Below are positions 1 to 12,959 of a DNA stretch of 44,773 nucleotides, one piece after another (the stretch's first letter is position 1; every line of letters begins with the position of its first letter). Under the pieces are notes generated by a model. That model searched no databases. It was not told where the DNA came from and saw only the letters and a program-made list of their open reading frames with translations. Source of the stretch: Macrostomum lignano (lineage: Eukaryota); assembly GCA_002269645.1 (NCBI GenBank), contig NIVC01004473.1:1-44773 (forward strand). The letters are read 5' to 3'. Made by a program: the position numbers and the translations under genes.

Positions 1-303
1 GGCTACAGGGCTAATGGCTAATGGTAAACTTTGTTATTGCGAAGTTGCATCGAGTCTGCTACAGTACTGGCGGTCAGTGCTCAGCTTTGGTCTGTGCCTT
101 TTTGCGAATTTTTCTAACACACAAATTACTTGCAATATTTGCTTAATGACTTTTGGCTATATATGCAGGTATTTATACAGCTCAGCCTGTTGCCAAACGC
201 TTGCACTGCTTGCCACAAGTTAAAAGTTGCTGCAGCATACAAATTCACCCAATCTTGGGTGGCAACCAGCTAAGGAATTATACACACGGATAGGTTATAA
301 ATC

Positions 304-3300
304 ATGCTCGAGTTGGAGCAGTCAGCTCGCAGAGCTGCTGGTGGAGCGGTGAGTTGATCGAGTTTTAACACTACAAGACTGGCTTTGTATTGTCTCGTCA
401 GGCCCTTGGCGCCCTTGGTGCTAAAGCCCTTGGTGCTAAAGCCCCTTGGTGCTAAAGCCCCTGCATGGCGCCAAAGAAAGTCGGCAGAAACTGCTCTCTT
501 TTTAGACCCAAGTTTTCTATGGCTATTATAGCTACATGTAAATGTACATTTGTAAATTTTTACGATGATTCATTTTTAAATCCTTTGTCCCCGACGCAAA
601 ACGCATATCAATGTAGCAACGTTCACTGATTCCTTCTACCTACGCGGTATATCGGGTTTAGGTTGGAGATTTTGGTCACTCAGTCTACCGCCTTATAAGA
701 CCAATTAGGCAACAATTAGTGCATGCACCTGGAAATTCCTGAATCTCTTTCCACTACAAAAAATTATTTACAACAGGAAACAAAACTGCTGATCGCTTTG
801 CCGAGACCATTGAGACCCGGCAGCGATGTTATTGTGCACGGCAGTCTGCTGGGTTCTCGGTAAGATCCCTGAGGTTTAAAGTACATAAAATAAAGCTTTT
901 TTATTTTTGTAATACGCTTATATGTACTTGTGGTACTATATGTGAACCATACGTTGCTATGGTGTAAGGATTAGTTCCCGTATCTAAGGTAAACCATCCC
1001 TTGCTATGGTGCAGGGATTAGTGTTCTGTTGTTGAATTAACGAACGCAGAAACAAGATCGATAATTATCCGGCGCGCCCAGTGGCACCAAAAGAGGGCTT
1101 GGCCAATAGGAGGGCGGCTCGTATATTATGCAAGCGGGGAAGGAAAGTTCTAGAAAGACCGGAGAAGAAACTTCTGGAACTATGCGTAAACAAGTCCTGT
1201 TGTGGAAGTTTCTAGAAACCCTGTCCCCGAACTATCCCTACGCATTGCATGCCTTTGCAATAACAACAATTAGTTCCCGTATCTAAGGTAAACCATTCGT
1301 TGCTATGGTGCAGGGATTAGGTCCCGTATCTAAGGTAAACCATTCGTTGCTATAGTGCAGGGATTAGGTCCCGTATCTAAGGCAAACCATTCGTTGCTAT
1401 GGTGCAGGGATTAGGTCCCGTATCTAAGGTAAACCATTCGTTGCTATGGTGCAGGGATTAGGTCCCGTATCTAAGGTAAACCTTATTACAGATTCGTTGC
1501 AAAGATAAAACTTTGCCCCATTCCAGCGTGTCAGCAACTCTGCTGTCCACACAGGATACCGGAAGCCTTCGAGTAGAGCTGACTGACGCGCTTGATGACG
1601 TCACCAACCCAGCCGCAGTTTTCGAAGCCGCCATCGAGGCCCGGCGGCCGTCTGCTGGCGATGGAGCAGGGCAGCTGGGCGGGAATCGGTCGGCGCGCGC
1701 ACGGAGTTGAGAGTGCTGGCCACTCGCTTCAGCAGGTGCAGGTGTCGCAGTGCGGCTTCTCGCTGCGGTTCGGCATCGGAGAAACCTGCTACGAAGTGAG
1801 CCGATATTAGATCTTCCTGATGCGATCAGGAAATGTACTTCTTTATTATTTATTAGAGGCAGGGAGCTGTGTGCACCCTGGTGCACTTTAAGCGACATTG
1901 TCACACAACCGGCGAGAGGCATTACTGCCCATTCCGCCGACTCCCCTGAGCAGGCACACAAGCGCGCGGACACGTACGCAGTCATACGCACAGGCACACA
2001 CTCAGGAGTGTACAACAGCCCTGACTTTAGGTATCGTTAGGCATGTACACTTCACTGTGGCTTGCGGGTTGGCCCTCAAAGGGCGTTAATTGCACGAGCA
2101 GAGCCAAGCTGAGATTCCAATTTAGCCCTAAATTAATGCGACTGCACTTGGAATCAAGCCTGGGCCGCTGGCACATCAGAGCGCCGGGCTAGACCACTGG
2201 GATATGCCCCCCCCCAGAAAAAGGGTCAAGCGTCGCTGTGTAACTAGTAACATCCTTGTGTAACAGTTGTTTTATCTACAACACCAATGTACTGGGTACT
2301 ACAATAGTTTAATAAGCGATTAACCCTGGTCTAACGGGTGACTAAAACCTTTTTAACAGGTTAACAATCCATGTCTAGCAGGACACTAATCTCACCCTTA
2401 TCTACAGGGTGATAGGTGACGAACCGCACTTATTTCCAAAAGATGATAACCCACTTGTGTCTTGTAACACATAACTAGTACCCCTGTCTAACAGGTGATT
2501 AAGCCCTCGCTTGTCTAACAACTCCTGTCATGACCCCGTCAGAGAAAGGACTCGAACACAGCATTCGCTCCACTCTCGCATGCAGATCTGTATCCGAAGC
2601 GACGCCAGCGTCAATGAGAGCCAATTAGCCAGGTTCCTGCATCGCCACACTTTCAAGAACTTTACTAGACTTCTGCTGAGCGGAGCGGCCGACTTCAGAG
2701 AGATCGAATGCAGAGACGAAGACGCCAGTCTGTACTATAAGTTGTTCAGTAAGTGTCAGCTCTTCGCTCGCCACTTTTGTGACTAGCGATCGAGGCTGGG
2801 AGGAAATTGTCGTGCGATTCAAACCCTCGAGGGCCAACCGCAAGGCTCACAGAGTGTACATGCCTGACGATTATAACGGTTAGAAAGTCAGGGCGTGCCC
2901 GCGTACAGAGAAATGGGCAGAATTGCCGTCAGACGACGATTGGTGAGACGATGAGACGACGGTTGGTGAGTTGTCAGACGACGTCAACAAAGACGTTGCG
3001 CCAGAGGAGCTCTCCTGCGAATATTGATTTATCGGTTAAGTACCAAGGTTTTGATTCTGTGCGGCCACAGTGATTTGACCCTGGTCTTGTGCCGTAAATC
3101 ATGCTTGTGAGGGCCGCTGAGGTATCCGAGGGCGCGTGCCATTACGCTGACCTCTGAGCACGCACACACTCACACAGGGTGTACAGCAGCCCAGATTTTC
3201 TCGTCGTCAGACAGTGTACACTCTCTGCGCCCTGGGTATTGGCCCTTGTGAGCTTGAATCGTGCAAAAGCTTCGAATGTGCTAGAAACATCAAGCGAACG

Positions 3301-6300
3301 TGTTCAAAGCAGTCAGATATCGGTAAAAACTGAAACTGCAATTTCCAGGCGAGCCATTCAGCAGCCAGCCGGATGCCTGGGGCGAAGAGAGCCTCTGGCG
3401 GTGCCGACTGTCCCTGCCTCGAGTTGAGCACCCTCTCCAGACTCAGGCCGCAGATTGCTCAGCCGAGTCGCTGCTGACGCTCCAGATGTCAGTGGGGCTC
3501 AACGACAAAGACTTCCTGGCCGCTGCCAACCAGCTGCTGCTGTTGAAAGTGAAAGTCAACATCGAAGGTGTCGATGGTGACGACGTCGGCGACTCGCAGC
3601 CAGCCGTGGCGGCAGACACTCTGATGCCGATGGCCGCCCCGCCGACGGGAGACTGGAACAGCGGTGCGGATCAGCTGTGCAAAGTGACCCTGACTCGGGC
3701 GGAACCTTCGGGCGTGAAGCCACCTGCTGAGAATTACTCAACGCTCGCTGGTCAATCAGGCGATGAATTTCATCCCCAAGTGCAGTCTTTGGACGAGTCG
3801 CTGATTCTGAGCCATGCGGAGCGGTGCGATGCGTCACTGAGCAGCGACCTGCTGTCACCACCGCCCCTGACTGACGAGCCTGGCGACCCTAGCCAGCAGC
3901 ATCAGCAGCTGCTGCAGCCAGTCAAACTGGCTGAGCTCAATGAAACCCCCAAAGCCAATGACAGCTCGCTGTCCATCGAACAGCTTGCATCGCCTCGAGA
4001 ACCTGAGCTTCAAGATTCCAAAAAGGACAACGTCAGCAAGCTTCAGCAGTCTCCAGACAGTCGACAGCCGGCTCCGCAGTTGCTGCCGCCGCTGCGCAGA
4101 AGCCGCCGCACCGCTCCGACGATCTCACCGTTCGTGTGCCGCGCCGAGCGAGCCGCCACGCCAGAGTCCGTCGATCTGTCCGGTTCAACAAAGGAAACTA
4201 CAAGCAGTGATGTCGAAGAAGAACGATGGACTCTAGGCGATCAAGAGCACCAGCTGATGGCCGTAGAGTCCTATTTGTCCACTGCGGTGCATCCCAGGTA
4301 CTACAGCGACAGCTTGGCTGCTGAGCGCCCAGAGACCGATGGCAATCGAGAAGGCGCTCAGTTCGCGAGCTTGTCAATCGAGCTGCCAGACTTCAATAGC
4401 GATGGCAACGGAGCTTCGTCTGAGATTCTCGACGATGTGCTGGCAAAACGACGCGACCACAAGCGCCCCGATTCTGAAGATGAGTGCCTCTTGGCGCAGG
4501 CAACGCCACCGTCAGAGCACCAGGAGGCCTCAAGCACTCAACGGATTATACCCAAAGAAGACTTGCGGGCTATTTGTCTACTAGCAGATACTCTAGTTGA
4601 TGAAGCTCTCTTGGAAGCTGTCAGAAGACAAGAACAACAGACAGGTGAGATCGACGAGGTACAAAGCAATCAGCTGCCAGCGGAGGCAGTGCCAGGGCAG
4701 GAAAGCCCTGCCCTGGTTAGCGAGTATCGTCAGCAGGAGTTGAAAGCTGTCAAGCTTCAGCACAGAGAAGTGCCAGGTGAACTTCACTCTCAAATTGAGC
4801 CGCACGAAAAGGATGCGGACACAACCGAGCACCAGGACAGCGTGCTGTCAGTGGAACTGAACGCCCCACCTGAAGAGGACCATAAAGAGTCCTTGGCAGC
4901 GCTTAGCTACATGGATGAGGAACCAGCTGAAGCCAATGAAGACCAGTTTGCACCTGCCGCATATCAGCCAAGTGGCATGTCATTGAATCTTGAAGGGCCT
5001 GCTGAAATCCCTGATAAAGATTCGGCACCTGATAGGCAAGGGGCGCCGATATCTGAGCTTGAGCCACCTGCTGAGAAAAGTGAGGCTGAGCTACATGTAC
5101 AAGACAGCTTACTGTCAGTGGAACTGAACGCCCCAGCTGCGGGATTCAATGAAGAGCCGTTGGAAGTGCTTAGCAGGGCAGATCAGCAGAGCAAAATAAA
5201 AGACAACGAAGATAAACCGACACCTGTGGCACATCAGAGCAGTGCGCTGTCACTGGAGCTTGAACCACCACCTGACATCCGCGATGACGAAGTGACACCT
5301 AGAGAGCATCTATCATCGGAGTTTGAACCTCATGCTAAAGCAGAAACCGAGAAGTTGATTCCGGCCAAGAAACCGCAGTGGAGGCTTGAACCACCATTTA
5401 AGACCAGTAAGAATGAGCTGGAAGAAGCTGAGCACCAGGACATCGCGTTGTCAGTGGAACTGGACCCACCAACCGCTGAACGGACCCATACCGAATCGCT
5501 AGCTGCTATGGGCTATCAGCAAATTATAGAAAAAGACAAGAATGAGGAACCAAATGAAGTAACCGAAGATATGCTAGAACCTGTAGCACAGCAGACGAGT
5601 GGCATATCATCAGAGCTGGGTCCACCACCTGAGATTCGAGATGAGGACTTGGCACATGTCACACACCAGACGAGTGTCATGTCATCTGACCTGAGACCTC
5701 CACCTGAGATACAAGATGAGGACTTGGAACCTGTCACACACCAGACGAGCGGCATGTCATCGGACCTGAGACCTTCTCCTGAGATACAAGATGAGGACTT
5801 GGCACCTGTCACACACCAGACAAGCGGCATGTCATCGGACCTGAGACCTTCTTATGAGACGCGAGATGAGGACTTTGCACCCGTCACACACCAGACGAGT
5901 GTCATGTCATCGGACCTGAGACCTCCATCTGAGACACGAGATGAGTACTTGGCACCTGTCAAACACCAGACGAGCGGCATGTCATCGGACCTGAGACCTC
6001 CATCTGAGACACGAGATGAGTACTTGGCACCTGTCACACACCAGACGAGCGGCATGTCATCGGACCTGAGACCTCCATCTGAGACACGAGATGAGTACTT
6101 GGCACCTGTCACACACCAGACGAGCGGCATGTCATCGGACCTGAGACCTCCATCTGAGACACGAGATGAGTACTTGGCACCTGTCAAACACCAGACAAGT
6201 GTCATGTCATCGGACCTGATACCTCCATCTGAGACAAAAGATGAGGACTTGGCACCTGTCACACACCAGACGAGTGACATGTCATCGGACCTGAGACCTC

Positions 6301-8773
6301 CATCTGAGACAAAAGATGAGGACTTGGAACCTGTCACACACCAGACGAGCGGCATGTCATCGGACCTGATACCTCCATCTGAGACGCGAGATGAGGACTT
6401 GGCACCTGTCATACACCAGACAAGCGGCTTGTCATCGGACCTGAGACCTCCATCTGAGACAAAAGATGAGGACTTGGAACCTGTCACACACCAGACGAGC
6501 GGCATGTCATCGGACCTGATACCTCCATCTGAGACAAAAGATGAGGACTTGGCACCTGTCACACACCAGACGAGTGACATGTCATCGGACCTGAGACCTC
6601 CATCTGAGACAAAAGATGAGGACTTGGAACCTGTCACACACCAGACGAGCGGCATGTCATCGGACCTGATACCTCCATCTGAGACAAAAGATGAGGACTT
6701 GGCACCTGCCACACACCAGACGAGTGACATGTCATCGGACCTGAGACCTCCATCTGAGACGCGAGATGAGGACTTGGCACCTGTCATACACCAGACAAGC
6801 GGCTTGTCATCGGACCTGAGACCTCCATCTGAGACAAAAGATGAGGACTTGGAACCTGTCATACACCAGACAAGCGGCATGTCATCGGACCTGAGACCTC
6901 CATCTGAGACGCGAGATGAGTACTTGGCACCTGTCACACACCAGACGAACATCATGTCATCGGACCTGATACCTCCATCTGAGACACGAGATGAGTACTT
7001 GGCACCTGTCAAACACCAGACGAGCGGCATGTCATCGGACCTGAGACCTCCATCTGAGACGCGAGATGAGGACTTGGCACCTGTCGCACATCATGTCGGT
7101 GGCGTAGAGCAAGGACTTAATCCGCCTTCTGGGAGTGCAGATACCCAAGATGAGCTCAGTGCGCTTTCATTGGAGCTTGAACCAGCTCACGAGAATCGAA
7201 CCGACGCATTGGGAGCGATGTTTCACAAGCAAAGTGAAAGCTCGCCAGAAACTGGTGGACAGGCTCAGTCCCATGAGGAAGAGCTCACTACTGAACCCGT
7301 CAAACACGAGTACACTGCAATGTCTCCTCATTCAGCAGAACATCGCGAACAGGCGTTGAAAGCAAAGCAACTGCAGCGAATCGACAACTCGCTGAACTCG
7401 GATCGTCCTGAAAACTCATCTCCGTCTAGCGAGGTGTCGGAATCTTCCGCAAACGAGCTTCGACCAGATCTACTTCGGGACTCGAATCAGCCCCCAATTA
7501 ACAGGAAGCATGCTAAGCATCCTTCGGAGCAGCGCGGCGGGGCCGCTACGCCACCCGTGATGGCGAATTTTGCCTGCCACGTCGAACGGGGAAACAGCTG
7601 CGCGTCCAGCGTCCGTTCGCGTTCAGACACCGACGAAGCTGGCGCAGATACAGCTGCAACGAACTCGCCCAAGATATCGAAGTTCAGCTGTCGGGTTTAC
7701 CGCAACGGAGAACTGGTGGAAGCCAACGATATCAGTGAGGCTCCGCCTGCGGATGGAGCAGCAGCTCGGTCGAGCGTGTGCTCATCAGCATCAACCGCCG
7801 AGGAGCAAGAAGAGTGGCACGAGTTCAACGGACGCACGGTATCAGTGTGAGTTGCCTGCGCAGTTGGCTAAACGCTTTTTTAAACTCAATAGCAAATACC
7901 GGTACAAGAATCGCACACATGTACTCGTAGTTCGTAAGACCTAGCTCTTGCCCAATGCAAGGGTCTTGGTCCGCCTTTCCCTTACATGTAGGTGCATCCA
8001 CAAAGGTCAGGTCTACGAATCCAGAAACATCTGAAAAGGCGGTTTCCAAATCAACACTTTTTGTGTAATAAACCAGCTAGGGAGAGTTTTTCAGTTGGCT
8101 TCATGGAAAAGTTTCCTCAAAAATGGGGAAAACTTTTCTTCGACTAAAAGGTCCGGGAAGTCGCGGATAAGTTCAACTTGTACATGTAGTTCCCTAAGCT
8201 CCAACCCACCCACCACCAGAAAGCTTTTCAGTGTTTCTGTATCCTGGAAAAGCTCAGCAAGAGACTCAAAAATATTTCTCAATTTCTCGCTAAATCTCAG
8301 GACGCGGATCTCGCAGCCGATGCCGGAATGCCCGCAGTCTTGGAGTTCAACTCGTCGCGAGCGGCGCCCCCGACGAAGTCACCCGGTGTGCCAAGTCGGC
8401 GTCACCGACGGCAACCAGGTAAACGTTGCTTGGCTGCCAAGCCTGAGGCGCGGTCACGGAGGACAGCAGGTTGTTAAGGACGCCGAGTTGGACGTTGTCA
8501 GACAAACGTTGAAAGCACCGTTTCTGTCCTCCGTCGGATTAGAAATGTCTGATCGAGGCTGCGACGTGAGTTGTTGGGGGAATTAACATTAATATTTTTT
8601 TCCTTCTTCGTGTCATTAAGTAAAAGATTAAACATTTGGGCTACTTATTATTCCCAAGGCGATGACTGCTTAACCCCAAACAAAACTGATTTCAGGTGGT
8701 TGTGAAGCAGACTTACCCAACAGTTTCAGCCGGTATTCGCGCGTGCTCGGGAGCTGATCATCCATCGGTTTAA
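304..8773 (+). CDS. Multi-exon gene for a ~1799-aa protein: divergent galectin-like N-terminal domain, long acidic low-complexity region and 25-aa tandem repeats
   Basis: Hand-built exons 304-348, 777-859, 1527-1795, 2586-2748, 3349-7846, 8301-8565, 8696-8773. All junctions are GT..AG with matching phases (0,2,0,1,2,0). Total is 5400 nt after removing one C at 1640-1642. Possible AATAAA near 9006. The true start and the last two exons are less certain. Confidence 0.6.
777..2748 (+). CDS. Exons 2-4: galectin-like (Gal-bind lectin fold) domain, apparently lacking the canonical sugar-binding motif
   Basis: Spliced translation LPRPLRPGSDVIVHGSL...LRVEL...GSWAG...GFSLRFGIGETCYEICI...QLARFLHRHTFKNFTRLLLSGAADFREI resembles the galectin pattern (PG..I.I.G; W; F.L.I; F.HR...L.I.GD). 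Judged by eye, no profile search. Confidence 0.5.
944..1482. repeat. 47-bp minisatellite interrupted by an insertion
   Basis: Unit CCATTCGTTGCTATGGTGCAGGGATTAGGTCCCGTATCTAAGGTAAA, about 1.7 copies before 1021 and about 4.5 copies after 1273. Confidence 0.9.
1022..1268. mobile_element. Probable solo LTR (247 bp)
   Basis: TGTT...AACA termini flanked by a 5-bp direct duplication ATTAG (1017-1021 and 1269-1273) inside the minisatellite. Confidence 0.6.
2007..3247. repeat. Three copies of a ~70-bp dispersed repeat (2007-2078 +, 2829-2907 -, 3178-3247 +)
   Basis: TCGTTAGGCATGTACACT..GGCTTGCGGGTTGGCCCTC at ~2035-2078 matches the reverse complement of 2829-2870. The third copy is more diverged. Confidence 0.7.
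3349..7846 (+). CDS. Giant 4.5-kb coding exon, E/D/S/P-rich and probably disordered (contains the 1454-aa ORF)
   Basis: The frame is open from the acceptor ATTTCCAG at 3348 (upstream of the ORF ATG at 3486) to the donor GTGAGT at 7847. The ORF-track stop lies inside that donor. Confidence 0.85.
5578..7092 (+). repeat. Coding 75-bp (25-aa) tandem repeat, 20 copies
   Basis: Consensus APVTHQTSGMSSDLRPPSETRDEDL counted in the ORF; the period was checked at 5881 to 5956. Confidence 0.95.
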
Positions 8774-10089
8774 TGAGAGGACTCTGCATATATGAAGTTC
8801 TTATGCAAGCACTATATACACACATTTTGACAGCTGTAGGCTGGAACTGATTGGTTAACTGGAAGCAGCATACGTTGTTTGTTATGTACCTTGCTTACTA
8901 TTACGGTAGTAACTGTTATTACTTTAATTATAGTGTTACACACGTATTGCATGCACTACATCATAATTACAACTACAGTATAGAGCCTGGTTATCGATTG
9001 CTCCTTAATAAAATCAACTCTGAGTAACTACCTAGACAATCTGATTAAACACATTTTAGCCTTCTCATTGGAATTCCTTGAGTTCATAAAATCATGCACC
9101 AAAAATTAGAGTATGTACTCAGGAGTACTTATCTTCTTAAGTAAAGTCTGGCCGAGTGTTGCGGTCGGGTAAGAAAGTTTATTTCTCTATGCCGCCAGTA
9201 AACTCTGCTCTTCTTAACATGTACATATATTCATAATAATTTGGTTTTTTGTTGGCAAAACTTAGCAATAACAAGGCCAAGAGGGTATGAAACAGTTTTG
9301 AGTTATGCGTACTTATTTACCCAAGAATAGAAAAACAAGATAATTTTTTTTGAAATTGAGTAAAAAACTTAATTAATTAAAAAAGCGAATACGAATTAGC
9401 TTGAGTAATTACAAACACACGATTTAGCCTCCGCTGCTAGACTGATAAAACAGGCAAATTAAACAATGATCTAATAATTAAAAAAACACTTGGCAGCACC
9501 GACTGGATGAAACAAAAAGGGCGCAGCATGGCTGTGAGGAGTGTGGAAAATTGTGTGTGACAGCAGATTTCTGTGCGAATGATCTGGAAGCACTGGCATG
9601 ATTGAGTAGATTTTGAGTAAGGGGGAGGGGGTGAGTGGCTGGTAACTTGATGATTTATACCTGTAATACCAACAAAATAAACCTGAAGCCCCATTAATCT
9701 CTCATTTTTTTAATTATAGATACAATACTACCTAGTTGGGTCACTCGTCAGATTTGCGTATAAGCTACTTATAGTTCAGTAGTAAGTTAAAATAGTAAGC
9801 ATTTTAATGTATTTTATATAGATTAACCCGAACAGCGAGCGACTGTCTGACACGTGAATCTGAAGTTACACTACTGTTAATCTACCGCTGGAATTACTTT
9901 ACACATTGTTTGGTCTTTGAAATCCTCTCTCATAATGTTAGAATATTTATTACGTTTTAAGTTGGTTTGTTTTGCCAGAGAAATTCAACGAAAACGGAGA
10001 CGCGCAATCTCGCCTTGGAATAAAATCTTTAAAAACCGGCAGCAGCACAAATCTTGTGACCAGTGGAACACTGAACACTGTTGCCAGCT

Positions 10090-12720
10090 CTAGTCGGAGA
10101 GGAGCGCCTGCAGAGACTTCGGCGTGCTCGGATTATTCAGCGTCCTGGTGCTGTACTTGAGCACGTTGAGCAGCGCCTCGCACAGCTGCTTTTCGCCCGG
10201 CTGCTGCGCCTGGTGATGCTGGTCGGGGCGCAGCACCCGGATGCAAGCCCGGATGTCCACCAGGGAGCCGCGAGCGAACACTCCCAATGGGTGCACATAG
10301 TCGTAGAGGACGCACACGCCCACCATGACGCGAAGGCAGAGTGGCACCGTTTCCTGGTAATGGGGATTGTGGGATTTAAAAGTACGTTTCAACTGAGGAA
10401 CAGTGAGGATTTCCAGATCCCAACTCTAAACTAAGGAACAATGGGGATTTCCAGATCCCAACTGTAAACTGAGGAACAATGAGGGATTTCCAGATGCCAA
10501 CTGTAAACCGAGGAACAATGGGAGATTTCCAGATCCCAACTGTAAACTGAGGGGATTTCCAGATCCCAACTGTAAACTGAGGACCAAAAATATATCCATA
10601 TCTTAACTGAACTAAGAAACGTCAGTTCCCAACCCCCACCAAACAGCAGATACGCACCTCCGGCTTCTTAAGCCTCTGCCGCAGATCTGGATTAGCCACC
10701 AAGCCGCGGCAAATGTCAGCGATGGCGGCTAAGCACTCCGAAGTGGTGTTCACTGGCAGATTTTTGTGCGCGGACATAAAAGCGCCGGTGCATTCAGTGA
10801 GCAGGCGCATCATTGGCGTGTGCTGTGCATAGAAAATGCTCATCTTGCTCACTTCTTCGTCAGATAGGGCGCCTTCGGTCTGCGGACGTGTTTTTGGTAA
10901 AATGGTTTACAAAGAGTTTCGACTGCTTTTCAGTTTGCATTTTCGCGACTGCACATTGCGTATTTCAGTAGATTTTCAGCAACTGTTTATTGCGTATTTC
11001 AGTGAGTATTCAGCAACTGTTTATTGCGTATTTCAGTGAATATTTAGCAACTGTTTATTGCGTATTTCAGTGAATATTTAGCAACTGTTTATTGCGTATT
11101 TCAGTGAGTATTCAGCAACTGTTTATTGTGTATTTCAGTGAGTATTCAGCAACTGTTCAATGCGTATTTCAGTGAGTATTCAGCAACTGTTCAATGCGTA
11201 TTTCAGTGAGTATTCAGCAACTGTTCAATGCGTATTTCAGTGAGTATTCAGCAACTGTTCAATGCGTATTTTAGTGAGTATTCAGCAACTGTTTATTGCG
11301 TATTTCAGTGAGTATTCAGCAACTGTTCAATGCGTATTTCAGTGAGTATTCAGAAACTGTTCAATGCGTATTTCAGTGAGTATTCAGCAACTGTTCAATG
11401 CGTATTTCAGTGAGTATTCAGCAACTGTTCAATGCGTATTTCAGTGAGTATTCAGCAACTGTTCAATGCGTATTTCAGTGAGTATTCAGCAACTGTTCAA
11501 TGCGTATTTCAGTGAGTATTCAGCAACTGTTCAATGCGTATTTCAGTGAATATTCAGCAACTGTTTATTGCGTATTTCAATGCGTATTCCCTCCCTCTCC
11601 CGACGCAACTGTTTATTGCGTATTTCAGTGAATATTCAGCAACTGTTTATTGCGTATTTCAGTGCGTATTCCCTCCCTCTCCCGACGCAACTGTTTATTG
11701 CGTATTTCAGTGAGTATTCAGCAACTGTTCAATGCGTATTTCAGTGAGTATTCAGCAACTGTTCAATGCGTATTTCAGTGAGTATTCAGCAACTGTTCAA
11801 TGCGTATTTCAGTGAGTATTCAACAACTGTTCAGTGCCTATCGGTTGTACTGAAAAGTTTAATCAATTATTATAAGTAAGCATTTTCGTTGCTTTTGCAC
11901 CTGTCTGTTTGACAGACAAAGATTTCACCAGCCTTGCCGTTAAAACACGTATCAAGAGAAGCTTTGCTAATGCGCCATTCGTTACTCCGATAAGACAGCC
12001 TTGCTTGCAGCTGGCTAAAAGTGTTCACAGAGCTAATAATACTTCGTATCAGCAAAATTCCAACTGTTAAAACTGCAGAAACAACTTGTCTGTAAAAAAT
12101 AGTCATCTTGGCTAAATGAAGAGCAAACAATTAATACTTTGAACGCATGCACGCATTCGGCTGTGTACACCACAGTTGCATTCGGTGAAGCTAAATTGAA
12201 GATTGCACAGCCGGAAATAGAATCACGGCAGGAACTATTATTTACTTGAAGCGCTCCTGGCTCTCTTTCTCTCTCTCTCTCTCTTCACAGCTCCAAGGTA
12301 GCACTGACGCATCCAGTCAAGATTAGGTGAATCCTTGCGACCACTTGCGAGGCATATTTGCGCGCATTGCATCACGAAATTATTGTGCTGGTTTATTTAC
12401 AAACTTCTATTCAACTTTGCACGGCTTGTTAAGTCAAGGTAGATAGCAAGAAACGCTTAAGGTAGAAGGCAACAGCAAGGCTGACCTCGGCGCGTTGCGG
12501 ACTAATTTATGCTAAACGGAATTTACTGCACAGACATCTTCATAATACAATATCATTATACCGACTGGCGACTGATAGTTCTTGCTCAGAGTAGGCAAGC
12601 ATTGATTGATAAACAGATATGAGAGATAGAATACACTGATACTTATATAGATAGATAGATACATAGACAGATAGATAGATAGATAGATAGAGAGATAGAT
12701 AGATACATAGATACATAGTC

Positions 12721-12781
<61 letters not shown>

Positions 12782-12824
12782 CATAGATACATAGTCAGAT
12801 AGATAGATAGATAGATAGATAGAC

Positions 12825-12905
<81 letters not shown>

Positions 12906-12920
12906 CATAGATACATAGTC

Positions 12921-12959
<39 letters not shown>

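Noticed and set aside
1708-1710. In-frame TGA as selenocysteine in exon 3
   Set aside because: A 1-nt frameshift upstream explains the downstream galectin-like residues and the exon 4 phase better.
5516-7030. Minus-strand 104-aa and 392-aa ORFs
   Set aside because: Antisense shadows of the coding 75-bp repeat.
8091-8282. 63-aa minus-strand ORF that looks helical
   Set aside because: It lies in a predicted intron, with no homology recognised and no supporting splice structure.
8773-10090. Overlapping 3' UTRs of the two convergent genes
   Set aside because: Each gene has a plausible proximal AATAAA (+ ~9006, - ~9950), so overlap is not required.
10955-11835. 34-bp repeats as CRISPR direct repeats
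   Set aside because: Head-to-tail with no spacers, inside a eukaryotic intron.
12265-12305. Strong + strand acceptor followed by a 7-nt micro-exon
   Set aside because: It is a CT microsatellite antisense to CYRI, with no partner exons identifiable.
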